Source: Firmicutes bacterium UBA3914 (GTDB taxonomy: Bacteria > Bacillota > Limnochordia > Darwinibacteriales > Darwinibacteriaceae). From it: a stretch of 53,262 nt of DNA. The stretch lies in NCBI GenBank assembly GCA_002391385.1, contig DGEY01000059.1, positions 1 through 53,262 on the forward strand, given 5' to 3'. Positions within the stretch are counted from its first letter, which is position 1. The number at the start of each line of letters is the position of its first letter. The translations under genes were made by a program, and so were the position numbers. The notes beneath the pieces are model-generated. The model made no database searches and was not told the origin of the DNA. It was given only the letters and a program-made list of their open reading frames with translations. This document shows positions 35,507 through 44,559 of the stretch, one piece after another.

Positions 35507-36304
35507 ATGAAGTACCGCTTAGGTTTATCTGCCGCACTCATTGTGTTTCTTACCGCACTTATCTCTTGTTCTGCCTTGGCATCTGCTGAGGACTCGCCCA
35601 CGAAAACCATTCAGCTGAACCTGAACCAGCCCCAAGTAGAGGAGGAGCCCGACAACTTCTCAGAGAAGTATCAGCAGGTGATGCAGGAGATCACCATCTC
35701 GGAAGAAGCGGCCGCGGTGGTGGATCAGATCAAAGCCGCCGTTGAAGATCTGAAGGATCTGGCTGTGGATATCAACATCACGGAGATCCGCGAGCGGCGC
35801 AATGAGGAAGTGGTCCTCCACCTAATGGTGAGCATTGAGCATAAACTGGCCCGCATCGAGTTTAACGAGCCCAGCGCGGTGCGGGGTATGATCCTGGTGG
35901 CAAATCAGGCCGAGATGCAGGTACACATCTTCCAGCCCGTAACCAATGTGATCGTGGTGCGGGGCCTGGAGGATGCCAGCAAGGAGGCCCTGGTTGCCCT
36001 GAGCATAGGCCAGGATTTAACCCAGCTTACCTCCTATTTCGACTTCTCCCAGTACAACGTGGATATTTTGGAGAAGGTGGAGCTGGAAGGCGGGGTCACG
36101 GACTACCTCTTGCAGGTGGATGCCCCCGAGGAGGAGATTTGGTACGTGCGGGTGCGGGATGACAGCTGGTTTCCCCACGAGATTTCCGTGTACGAAGGAG
36201 AGGTTCTCCAGGGAACCATGCGCCTGTCCAATGTGGAGCTGGATCCCGGGCTGAGCGTGGAGGAGATCACCTGCCTGCCCGATGCTAAGATTGAGAAGAT
36301 GTGA
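35507..36304 (+). CDS. LolA-fold-like secreted lipoprotein (putative lipoprotein-sorting / RseB-like fold)
   Basis: The signal peptide has the lipobox LISC. The pattern ARIEFNEPSAVRGMILVANQAEMQVHIFQPVTNVIVV resembles LolA/RseB-type proteins. This is a by-eye fold assignment only. Confidence 0.45.
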   Translation: MKYRLGLSAALIVFLTALISCSALASAEDSPTKTIQLNLNQPQVEEEPDNFSEKYQQVMQEITISEEAAAVVDQIKAAVEDLKDLAVDINITEIRERRNEEVVLHLMVSIEHKLARIEFNEPSAVRGMILVANQAEMQVHIFQPVTNVIVVRGLEDASKEALVALSIGQDLTQLTSYFDFSQYNVDILEKVELEGGVTDYLLQVDAPEEEIWYVRVRDDSWFPHEISVYEGEVLQGTMRLSNVELDPGLSVEEITCLPDAKIEKM

Positions 36305-36331
36305 GCTTGTCACGTTAGGGAGGGGTAATCA

Positions 36332-37036
36332 TTGCAGCCCTGGTTGCGCAATCTGTTAGTGCTCGGCCTGATCGGGTTTGTCTTTCTAGCCGCAAGCCAG
36401 GTGGCACTGGCCTTTGAGGCGGAGGATCTCCCCTTTAGTTTTGGACCCCAGGGCTGGCAGACAGGTTTGGGCTTAAGCCAGGAGACGGTGAAGCCCATGG
36501 GGCTCTTGGGGTATGAGAAAACGGGCATCGGCGGGTTTTTGACCCAGGCGGAAGGGCAGGAACAGGCCCTCAGCTGGTTCAGCGGCCACAAGCAGGTGAT
36601 TCTGGGCAACATCGGCTACAGCCTGGAGCTCTTCGGCGGCACTACTGGGCGGCCCATTCTCTCCACCTTTCCCAGCGGTACACAGCCCCATGTGGGTGCC
36701 TACGGGGAGTTCAGCCGCATGTACGGGTCGGTGGGCCATGGCCTGGCGGGCCAGGCACAGCTTTCCGTATCGGAAGTGGGCGAGTTCGAGTACAGCATCA
36801 TCCCCTATGTGCAGTTTACCCGGCAGGGGGTGTGGCGTTTTTCCGTCTCACTGGGCAGTTCCTTCGGGTTTGGCCTGTCCTACCAGGAACCTCGGGAGAG
36901 GGTGAAGCTGGATATTGCGCTGGTGAGTGAGGGGCTGAGCATGCACGTTTTGGTCTCGCTGTCGGAGCACCCCCTCACCTTGGGAGCCGGGCTCACCCAG
37001 GAGCAGGCGCAGGTGTTCATCCGCTACTGGTTCTGA
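36332..37036 (+). CDS. putative small outer-membrane beta-barrel protein (hypothetical)
   Basis: The signal peptide ends ...VALAFEAE. Alternating hydrophobic beta-strand patterns include WRFSVSLGSSFGFGLSY and KLDIALVSEGLSMHVLVSLS. The C-terminus is FIRYWF. The TTG start has GGGAGGGG 6 nt upstream. Confidence 0.5.
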   Translation: MQPWLRNLLVLGLIGFVFLAASQVALAFEAEDLPFSFGPQGWQTGLGLSQETVKPMGLLGYEKTGIGGFLTQAEGQEQALSWFSGHKQVILGNIGYSLELFGGTTGRPILSTFPSGTQPHVGAYGEFSRMYGSVGHGLAGQAQLSVSEVGEFEYSIIPYVQFTRQGVWRFSVSLGSSFGFGLSYQEPRERVKLDIALVSEGLSMHVLVSLSEHPLTLGAGLTQEQAQVFIRYWF

Positions 37037-37053
37037 TTTTTCCAGACTGGGTT

Positions 37054-37080
37054 GAGGGTCGCCAAAGGCCCTCTTTTCTT
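37054..37080 (+). terminator. intrinsic terminator
   Basis: A 7-bp stem GAGGGTC / GGCCCTC with the loop GCCAAA is followed by TTTTCTT. Confidence 0.6.
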
Positions 37081-37101
37081 GCGTAAAGGGAAGTGAGAGC
37101 G

Positions 37102-37566
37102 GTGCATGTGGTTTTGGTGGAGCCGGAGATTCCGGCCAATACGGGTAATATCGCCCGGCTGTGTGTGGCGGTGGGGGCAACCCTCCATCTAGTCAGGCCT
37201 TTGGGCTTCTTTTTAAGCGATCCCCGCCTAAGGCGGGCGGGCCTGGATTACTGGCAGTACCTGCAGCTGAAGGTCCATGATTCCTTCGCCGACTTTCTAG
37301 CCGCGGAGGAGCCGAAGGGCATGTATTTCCTGGAAACGGGGGGCCGCAAGCTGTACTCCCAGGTGAGCTACCAGCCTGGGGACTACTTGATCTTCGGGAG
37401 CGAGACCAAAGGCCTCGGTGGGGAGCTGCTGCAGGCCTATCCAGAGCGGGTGGTGACCCTGCCCCAGCGGGATGTAAGATCTTTGAATTTGGCTAATACT
37501 GTAGCCATAGTGGTTTATGAAGCCTGGCGGCAGCTGGGGTTCGCCGGTGCCAAAAATTTGCCCTAG
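37102..37566 (+). CDS. trmL: tRNA (cytidine/uridine-2'-O-)-methyltransferase TrmL (SPOUT)
   Basis: HVVLVEPEIPANTGNIARLCVAVGATLHLVRPLGF matches my recollection of the TrmL/YibK N-terminus. The start is GTG 37102 or 37093. Confidence 0.85.
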   Translation: MHVVLVEPEIPANTGNIARLCVAVGATLHLVRPLGFFLSDPRLRRAGLDYWQYLQLKVHDSFADFLAAEEPKGMYFLETGGRKLYSQVSYQPGDYLIFGSETKGLGGELLQAYPERVVTLPQRDVRSLNLANTVAIVVYEAWRQLGFAGAKNLP

Positions 37567-37640
37567 GCAGGATTTGCCGCCCCAGACCAGAATATCTAGT
37601 CGGTGTGGTCTAAATAAGTGATTGTGAGGTGACTTGATAC

Positions 37641-38957
37641 ATGCGACGCGTTCGCGCTTTTTTTGGGGGCATTCATCCCAAGGAGAACAAAGAGAGCACC
37701 AACAGCACTCCTATCCAGGTGCTATCTGCTCCGGAAGTTGTGGTAGTGCCCCTGCTGCAGCACGCCGGGCGGGAAGCCAAACCGCTGGTGGCCAAGGGGG
37801 ATGAGGTGCTCAAGGGCCAGCCCATCGCCGAGGCCGATGGCAGGATCAGCGCCCGAGTGCATGCGCCAGTATCAGGAAAGGTGGCCGCCATCGAACCGAG
37901 GCCCAGCGCTTCGGGGCGGGAGCTCACCTGCATTGTTATTGAGAACGACGGCCAGGAGAGGTGGGTAGAAAGGCAGACCCATCCCGATCCGGTGCAGCTG
38001 GATGCCCAGAGCATCCTGGAGCGCATCGAGGAGGCTGGCATTGTGGGCATGGGCGGCGCAGGTTTTCCCACCGCGCCCAAGCTAACCCCGCCCAAGGGAG
38101 TCATTATTGATTATCTACTGCTTAATGGTTGTGAATGCGAGCCCTATCTCACGGCAGACCACCGCTTGATGGTGGAGTACCCTGAGGAGATCATCCTCGG
38201 GGCCAAGCTCATGGCCAAGGCCTGTGGGGCCCGCAGGATCATCATTGGGGTGGAAGACAACAAGCCCGATGCCATTGCCGCCCTCAGGGAGAAGGCTGGG
38301 AATATCGAAGTGGTGGCCCTGCCCACCAGGTATCCCCAGGGAGGGGAAAAACAGCTGATCCAAGCCCTCACCGGCCGGGAAGTGCCCAGCCGCGGTCTGC
38401 CGTTCCAGGTGGGCTGCATTGTGCAAAACGTGGGCACCGCCTGGGCGGTGGCCAAGGCCGTGCGGGACGGGGAACCTTTGATCTCCAGAGTGGTCACGGT
38501 TACCGGCTCCGCGGTGGCGGAACCCAAGAACTTCTTGGTGCCTGTGGGTACAGGCTTCCAGGCGGTGATCGAGGCCGCAGGTGGCTTCAGCCAGACCCCG
38601 GGTAAAGTGGTGGCCGGGGGACCCATGACCGGCGGAGCACAGTTTGGCTTGGATGTGCCTGTGACCAAGGTGACCGGCGGTATTCTCTGCTTCGGCGTGG
38701 ATGAGAGCAAAACCCCCGATTCCCAGCCCTGCATCAAGTGTGCCCGCTGCGTGGATGTCTGCCCGGCGAACCTGCTTCCCCTTAAGCTGGAGGCCTACGG
38801 CATGAACGAGCAGTGGGACAACGCCAGGGAATACGGGGCGCTGGATTGCATCGAGTGCGGCTGCTGCACCTACATCTGCCCCTCGAAGCGGCCGCTGTTG
38901 CACTACATCCGTTTTGCCAAAGCAGAAATCATTGCCCGCGAGCGGCAGTCAAGCTGA
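37641..38957 (+). CDS. rnfC: Rnf electron transport complex subunit C
   Basis: FFGGIHPKENK, GIVGMGGAGFPT and two ferredoxin motifs (CIKCARCVDVCP, CIECGCCTYICP) are present. Confidence 0.92.
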   Translation: MRRVRAFFGGIHPKENKESTNSTPIQVLSAPEVVVVPLLQHAGREAKPLVAKGDEVLKGQPIAEADGRISARVHAPVSGKVAAIEPRPSASGRELTCIVIENDGQERWVERQTHPDPVQLDAQSILERIEEAGIVGMGGAGFPTAPKLTPPKGVIIDYLLLNGCECEPYLTADHRLMVEYPEEIILGAKLMAKACGARRIIIGVEDNKPDAIAALREKAGNIEVVALPTRYPQGGEKQLIQALTGREVPSRGLPFQVGCIVQNVGTAWAVAKAVRDGEPLISRVVTVTGSAVAEPKNFLVPVGTGFQAVIEAAGGFSQTPGKVVAGGPMTGGAQFGLDVPVTKVTGGILCFGVDESKTPDSQPCIKCARCVDVCPANLLPLKLEAYGMNEQWDNAREYGALDCIECGCCTYICPSKRPLLHYIRFAKAEIIARERQSS

Positions 38958-38970
38958 AGGAGGGTAGACA

Positions 38971-39891
38971 GTGGATGAACTGAAATTGCTGGTATCTCCA
39001 TCTCCCCATGTACGGGATACGGATACAACTGAAAAAATCATGTTTGCGGTGCTCATCGGTCTGCTGCCTGTGGTGGCCGCGGCCATCTACTTTTTCCGCT
39101 GGCCGGCCGTGCGCATCCTGCTCTTATCCTCGGCGGCAGCGGTGGCCACGGAAGCCATCTGGCAGCGCCTGCGGGGTCAGCCCATCCGCATTGGCGATGG
39201 CAGTGCACTGATCACTGGCTTGCTTTTGGGACTGAGCGTACCGCCGACCCTGCCCAGCTGGATGGTGGTTGTGGGCTCCGCCTTCGCCATTGCCATCGGT
39301 AAGCAGGTGTTTGGCGGGTTGGGGCACAACCCCTTCAACCCCGCACTGGTGGGCCGGGCCTTCTTGACCGCTTCCTTTGGCCGGGCCATGACCACCTGGA
39401 CCGCACCCCTAGACGGGGTCACTGCCGCGACGCCGCTGGCCCTGGGGGCCGCGGTGAGCCGCATCCCCGACCTCTTCTTCGGACAGGTGGCGGGATCAAT
39501 CGGCGAGACTTCCGCTTTAGCCATTTTGCTGGGCGGGATCTACCTCTTTTACAAAGGGGTTATCGATTACCGCATCCCGGTGGGTATCGGTGCCACGGTG
39601 ACCGTCTTTGCCCTCCTGGCCGGGGAGAATCCCATCTTCCATCTGCTGGCGGGCAGTGTGCTCTTTGGTGCTGTGTATATGGCCACCGATATGGTCACTT
39701 CGCCGGTGACCAAGGCCGGCCGCTGGATCTTTGGCATAGGCATCGGTGTAATTATCATGGTGATTAGATTGTGGGGTGGCTATCCCGAGGGAGTTACCTT
39801 CGCCATTCTGCTCATGAATGCCGTAACTCCGCTGCTCAATAGGTGGACGCGCCCCCGCATCTACGGGCAAGGGGTGAAAGCAAGTGAATGA
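38971..39891 (+). CDS. rnfD: Rnf complex subunit D
   Basis: LVSPSPHVRD and the flavinylation-type motif DGVTAATPL are present in a polytopic protein. The GTG start has GGAGGG 6 nt upstream. Confidence 0.92.
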   Translation: MDELKLLVSPSPHVRDTDTTEKIMFAVLIGLLPVVAAAIYFFRWPAVRILLLSSAAAVATEAIWQRLRGQPIRIGDGSALITGLLLGLSVPPTLPSWMVVVGSAFAIAIGKQVFGGLGHNPFNPALVGRAFLTASFGRAMTTWTAPLDGVTAATPLALGAAVSRIPDLFFGQVAGSIGETSALAILLGGIYLFYKGVIDYRIPVGIGATVTVFALLAGENPIFHLLAGSVLFGAVYMATDMVTSPVTKAGRWIFGIGIGVIIMVIRLWGGYPEGVTFAILLMNAVTPLLNRWTRPRIYGQGVKASE

Positions 39892-40474
39892 GTCTGTGCG
39901 CATGGTTGTAGTGCTATCAGTAATTGCCATGGTTTCCGCGGCGGTTCTATCGTTGGTGTACGGGAAGACGAGTGTTATAATAGAAGAGAATGCCGCGCGG
40001 GCTCTGGAAAGTTCGGTTTTGGAGGTTTTGCCTGGTACCGCCACGGTGAATATGATCCGCCGGAGCCCCGATGAGCTGGGGGTGGATGATCCCCAGGAGA
40101 TGCGGGAAAAAGGCCAGGAAACCACCATTATCTACCAGGGCGTGGATGAGCAGGGCCAGATCGTGGGCTATGCCTTCGTGGGTGAAGGCAATGGCTACGG
40201 CGGCGTGGTGCGGGTGTTGGTTGGCGTGGATGAGGCCACCGATCAGGTTCTCAACGTGAAGATCTTGAACCATGCGGAAACTCCCGGTCTGGGTTCCCGG
40301 ATTGAGGAAGAGGGCTTCCGCAGCCAGTTCGCGGGGAAAACCGTGGATGATCCCATCACCGTGAACCAGGACATCCAGATCATCTCTGGAGCAACCATCT
40401 CTTCACGGGCGGTGGCGGATGCGGTGCGCGAGGGCCTGCAGGACACGGTGAGAATCTACAGGGGAGGGGAGTAA
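39884..40474 (+). CDS. rnfG: Rnf complex subunit G (FMN-binding)
   Basis: It has an N-terminal anchor, ETPGLGSRI and the SGAT motif (IISGATISS, Thr171, codon 40394-40396). Confidence 0.9.
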   Translation: MNESVRMVVVLSVIAMVSAAVLSLVYGKTSVIIEENAARALESSVLEVLPGTATVNMIRRSPDELGVDDPQEMREKGQETTIIYQGVDEQGQIVGYAFVGEGNGYGGVVRVLVGVDEATDQVLNVKILNHAETPGLGSRIEEEGFRSQFAGKTVDDPITVNQDIQIISGATISSRAVADAVREGLQDTVRIYRGGE

Positions 40475-40476
40475 GC

Positions 40477-41085
40477 ATGGCGCGTTTATGGAAGAATTTC
40501 GTGAACGGATTGTGGAATGAAAACCCCACCTTCCGCATTATGATCGGCCTCTGTCCGGTCTTGGCCGTAACCACCGAGGCCATCAACGGCATCGGTATGG
40601 GCTTGGCCACCACCTTCGTGCTGGTTTGCTCCAGCGCCTTGGTGAGCCTTTTGAGGAAGGTGATTCCCGAGAAGGTCCGCATTCCCGCTTACATCGTGGT
40701 TATCGCCACGTTCGTGACCATTGTGGACTTGTTTATGAACGCCTATCTGCCGGATCTGCACCAGGTGCTCGGCCTGTTTATCCCCCTGATTGTGGTGAAC
40801 TGCATCGTTTTGGGACGGGCTGAAGCCTTTGCCAGCAAGAACTCGGTTGTCTCGTCCATTTTGGACGGTTTGGGCATGGGTTTGGGTTTCACCTGGGCCT
40901 TGACGGTGCTGGCGGCGGTTAGAGAGCTGTTGGGTTCCGGCTCCATCTTCGGCTGGAAGCTGGCGGCTGATGGTGCCACCACCATCGGCGTGATGTCCCT
41001 GCCGCCCGGCGCCTTCATCACCTTGGGGATTTTGATGGCGCTGATGAACATGATCGCGGCGCGGCAGAAGAGAAGGGCTAGTTAG
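40477..41085 (+). CDS. rnfE: Rnf complex subunit E
   Basis: NPTFRIMIGLCPVLAVTT and LFIPLIVVNCIVLGRAEAFA are typical RnfE/NqrD motifs. Confidence 0.92.
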   Translation: MARLWKNFVNGLWNENPTFRIMIGLCPVLAVTTEAINGIGMGLATTFVLVCSSALVSLLRKVIPEKVRIPAYIVVIATFVTIVDLFMNAYLPDLHQVLGLFIPLIVVNCIVLGRAEAFASKNSVVSSILDGLGMGLGFTWALTVLAAVRELLGSGSIFGWKLAADGATTIGVMSLPPGAFITLGILMALMNMIAARQKRRAS

Positions 41086-41096
41086 GGGGGACGGGC

Positions 41097-41669
41097 ATGA
41101 ATCTATTCTTACTTTTCCTCAGTGCTCTGTTGGTCAACAACTTTGTGCTGGTCCGTTTTCTGGGCATCTGCCCCTTCATGGGGGTTTCCAAAGATGTTGA
41201 TTCGGCCTTTGGCATGGGCGTGGCCACAACCTTCGTCATGGTGGTGGCCGCAGCGGTAACCTGGCTGATTGAACACTTCATCCTGGCGCCCCTGGGTCTT
41301 CCGTTTCTCCAGACCATGGCGTTCATCTTGGTGATTGCCGCCTTGGTTCAGCTGGTGGAGATGTTTATCCACAAGACCAGCCCGGGTTTGTACAAGGCCA
41401 TGGGCATCTTTCTGCCGCTGATCACCACCAACTGCGCCATTTTAGGTCTGGCCATCATGGCGGTGCAGAATGCCTATACCTTCATCCAATCTGTCATCTT
41501 TGCTCTGGGCGCGGGCTTGGGCTTTACCCTGGCCCTGGTGCTCATGGCGGGCATCCGGGAGGAGCTGCGCTTTGCCGATATTCCCGAGCCGCTTTTGGGC
41601 GCCCCCATTGCCTTTATCTGTGCCGGCTTGCTATCCCTGGCTTTCAGCGGGTTTGCCGGTCTGATCTGA
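41097..41669 (+). CDS. rnfA: Rnf complex subunit A
   Basis: NNFVLVRFLGICPFMGVS and IFLPLITTNCAILG are typical RnfA/NqrE motifs. Confidence 0.92.
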   Translation: MNLFLLFLSALLVNNFVLVRFLGICPFMGVSKDVDSAFGMGVATTFVMVVAAAVTWLIEHFILAPLGLPFLQTMAFILVIAALVQLVEMFIHKTSPGLYKAMGIFLPLITTNCAILGLAIMAVQNAYTFIQSVIFALGAGLGFTLALVLMAGIREELRFADIPEPLLGAPIAFICAGLLSLAFSGFAGLI

Positions 41670-41692
41670 GTTTTTGTAGGAGGGGTTGAATT

Positions 41693-42523
41693 TTGAACAA
41701 TGTACTCGTGTCCCTCGTGAGTATGGGCTCGCTGGCTGCCCTCTTTGCCGCCGGTTTGGCGGTGGCCAGCAAGAAGTTGGCGGTGGAAACCGATCCGAAG
41801 ATCGATGCCATAGAAGAGGTGCTGCCCGGGGTGAACTGCGGCGGCTGCGGCTTTGCCGGCTGCCGGGCCTTTGCGGAGGCGGTGGCCTCCGGCCAGGCAC
41901 CCACCAACGGCTGCCCCGTGGGCGGCGCCACCGTGGCCAAAATGGTCGCGGCTGTACTGGGCGTGGAAGCGGAGGAGCCGGTGCGCAAGGTGGCCCAGGT
42001 GCTCTGCAAGGGCGGCTTGGCCGAAGCCAAGCAGCGGGGAACCTATGATGGGCCCGCGGACTGCCGCTTGGCCCACGCCACCCAGGGCGGGGATAAGGCC
42101 TGCTCTTACGGCTGCTTGGGCTACGGATCCTGCGTGAAGGCCTGTGCCTTCGACGCCATGTATATGAGCGAGAATGGCTTACCCGTTGTCATCGAAGAAA
42201 ACTGCACCGCCTGCGGTAAGTGCGTGGAAGCCTGTCCCCGGGATATCATCATCCTGGTCCCCGAAGAGCAGGGCGTGCACATCCGCTGCCGCTCCCTGGC
42301 CAAGGGCCGGGAAGTACGCCAGGTGTGCAGCGTGGGCTGCATTGCCTGCCAGCGCTGCGTGAAAGCCTGCCCAACCGGGGCCATCTACATGCAGGACAAC
42401 TTGGCGCGGATCAACTACGATCTGTGTACGAACTGCCGTGAATGTGTGGCCGTGTGCCCCATGAAGACCATCGATTGGCAGGATGGCAAGCCCCTGGTTT
42501 TGGAAAAGGCGGCAGTGAGCTGA
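41693..42523 (+). CDS. rnfB: Rnf complex subunit B (polyferredoxin)
   Basis: It has an N-terminal anchor, the CGGCGFAGC motif and several CxxCxxCxxxCP clusters. The TTG start has AGGAGGGG 7 nt upstream. Confidence 0.9.
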   Translation: MNNVLVSLVSMGSLAALFAAGLAVASKKLAVETDPKIDAIEEVLPGVNCGGCGFAGCRAFAEAVASGQAPTNGCPVGGATVAKMVAAVLGVEAEEPVRKVAQVLCKGGLAEAKQRGTYDGPADCRLAHATQGGDKACSYGCLGYGSCVKACAFDAMYMSENGLPVVIEENCTACGKCVEACPRDIIILVPEEQGVHIRCRSLAKGREVRQVCSVGCIACQRCVKACPTGAIYMQDNLARINYDLCTNCRECVAVCPMKTIDWQDGKPLVLEKAAVS

Positions 42524-42541
42524 GAAAAGGTGGACGTTGTT

Positions 42542-43567
42542 ATGGATAGAAAAAAGAAGCATGCTCTGCTTCTGGGGTTGATCCTTGTGATTCTAGGCGG
42601 AGCACTGCTCCTTTGCTACTTCCAGGGCTGGCTGCCCCAGGCCAACGCCCAGGAAACCACCACCCAGCGCTCCACCATCCTCATGGACACGGTGGTGGAT
42701 GTGCGGGTAGATGGACGCAACTCCCAGGCCCTGGTGGAGCAGGCCTTTGAGCGCATGGCTGAGCTGGAGGCCTTGTTCTCCCGTTTTGTGCCCGAAAGCG
42801 AAGTGAGCGCGATCAACCGGGGGGCAGGGGACTGGGTCAAGGTCAGTCCCCTCACCCTGGAGCTCATCGAACTGGGTTTGGAAATGGGCCGTTTGACCGA
42901 AGGGGCCTTTGATATCACCATCGGCGCTGTCCTGGATCTTTGGGGTTTCGGCGGCGACATCCGGCGCGTCCCCGGGGAAGAAGAGCTGGCGGAGGCCCTG
43001 GCTACCGTGGATTACACCAAGGTGGAAGTGGATCGGGAGGCTGGCGCGGTGCGCATCCCCCAGGGGACGGTGCTGGATCTAGGCGGCATCGCCAAGGGGT
43101 TCATCGTGGGCCGGGCAGTGGAGATCCTGCGGGAGGCCGGGGTGGAACGGGCCCTGGTGAATGCCGGGGGAGATATTGCCGTGGTGGGCCGCCGGCCAGA
43201 TGGCAATCCCTGGCGGGTGGGCGTGCAGGATCCGGACGAGCCCACAAACATCCGCTTTATCCTGCCCCTGGATGACCAGAGCGTGGTCACCTCCGGCGAC
43301 TACCAGCGCTTTTTTACCGTTGACGGTGTGCGCTATCACCATATCCTCGATCCCCGCACAGGCTATCCCGCCCGGGGGCTGCGCAGCGTCACCATTGTGG
43401 GTGCTGACCCCGCGGTGGGGGATGCCATTTCCACCGCGGTCTTTGTCCTGGGGTGGGAAGGGGGCAGGGCTCTGGTGGAGCGCCTGCCCGGCGTGGAAGC
43501 CATTGTGGTCAGTGATACCGCGACCTGGATTTCCCCAGGTTTGGCACAGGCAGTGACAACTCGCTAG
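42542..43567 (+). CDS. apbE: FAD:protein FMN transferase (ApbE family)
   Basis: An N-terminal anchor, MDTVVDV, FDITIGAV, LDLGGIAKG and GDYQRFF...YHHILDPRTG are present. The alternative start is GTG 42530. Confidence 0.9.
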   Translation: MDRKKKHALLLGLILVILGGALLLCYFQGWLPQANAQETTTQRSTILMDTVVDVRVDGRNSQALVEQAFERMAELEALFSRFVPESEVSAINRGAGDWVKVSPLTLELIELGLEMGRLTEGAFDITIGAVLDLWGFGGDIRRVPGEEELAEALATVDYTKVEVDREAGAVRIPQGTVLDLGGIAKGFIVGRAVEILREAGVERALVNAGGDIAVVGRRPDGNPWRVGVQDPDEPTNIRFILPLDDQSVVTSGDYQRFFTVDGVRYHHILDPRTGYPARGLRSVTIVGADPAVGDAISTAVFVLGWEGGRALVERLPGVEAIVVSDTATWISPGLAQAVTTR

Positions 43568-43583
43568 CGGAAGGAGAGATTGT

Positions 43584-44492
43584 ATGTACGATTTGGCAAT
43601 TATCGGCGGAGGACCCGCAGGCCTCACCGCTGGCCTGTATGGAGGACGGGCCAACCTCAAGACCATCATTATTGAAAAGGGCCTCTACGGCGGCCAGATG
43701 CAGAACACGTTGGAGATCGAAAACTACCCTGGCTTTAAAAACATCGGCGGTGCCGATCTGTCGGAGCACATGTACAACCAAGCGCTGACAGTGGGCTGCG
43801 AGTGGAAGTACGGGGAAGTGACCAAGGTGAACCTGGAGGGCCAGCCCAAAACCTTGGAGGTGGGGGGCGAAGTGATTGAGGCCCGGGCCGTGATCATCGC
43901 CAGCGGTGCCCAGCCCCGCAAACTCAATGTCCCCGGGGAAAAGGAACTGGCAGGTAGGGGCGTATCCTATTGTGCCACCTGTGACGGTGCCTTCTACGAG
44001 GATCTGGACGTGGTAGTGGTGGGCGGCGGCGATTCCGCGGTGGAAGAGGGCTTGTTTCTCACCCGCTACTGCAGCTCCGTTACGGTCATCCACCGCCGGG
44101 ATGTGCTGCGGGCCCAGGCCATTTTGCAGGAACGGGCCTTTAAGAACCCCAAGATGAAGTTCATCTTCAACTCAGAAGTGCAGGAAATCCAGGGCGAAGG
44201 ACGGGTAACCGGCGTTTTGGTCCGCAACAACCAGGATGGGTCCGAGCAGGTGATCCCCTGCGCGGGAGTGTTTATCTATGTGGGCTTCTTCCCCAACACC
44301 GATTTCCTCAAGGGTACGGGGATTCTGGACGAGTGGGGCTATGTGGTTACCGGGGCCGATATGAAGACCTCTATTCCAGGGGTGTTCGCGGCGGGGGATG
44401 TGCGCAACACGCCGCTGCGGCAGATCGTTTCCGCGGCCGGCGATGGCGCCATCGCGGCCATGCAGGCCTATCACTATCTGGAAAACCTCTAA
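43584..44492 (+). CDS. trxB: thioredoxin-disulfide reductase
   Basis: YDLAIIGGGPAGLTAG, the redox centre YCATCDG and VVVGGGDSAVEEG are present. Confidence 0.95.
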   Translation: MYDLAIIGGGPAGLTAGLYGGRANLKTIIIEKGLYGGQMQNTLEIENYPGFKNIGGADLSEHMYNQALTVGCEWKYGEVTKVNLEGQPKTLEVGGEVIEARAVIIASGAQPRKLNVPGEKELAGRGVSYCATCDGAFYEDLDVVVVGGGDSAVEEGLFLTRYCSSVTVIHRRDVLRAQAILQERAFKNPKMKFIFNSEVQEIQGEGRVTGVLVRNNQDGSEQVIPCAGVFIYVGFFPNTDFLKGTGILDEWGYVVTGADMKTSIPGVFAAGDVRNTPLRQIVSAAGDGAIAAMQAYHYLENL

Positions 44493-44512
44493 ATATTACT
44501 TAGAATATTTTC

Positions 44513-44558
44513 TCCCTCCCCAGCCTATACTAGGTCAAAAGGCTGTGGGAGGGATTTT
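44513..44558 (+). terminator. trxB terminator hairpin whose 3' arm contains the SD of the next gene
   Basis: A 13-bp stem TCCCTCCCCAGCC (44513-44525) / GGCTGTGGGAGGGA (44541-44554, one bulge) is followed by TTTTC and the ATG at 44560. Confidence 0.6.
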
Positions 44559-44559
44559 C

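Noticed and set aside
37585-37625. The hairpin AGACCA...TGGTCT upstream of rnfC, considered as a trmL terminator or rnf regulatory element.
   Set aside because: It has only a 6-bp stem with a 16-nt loop and no U tract, which is too weak to call.
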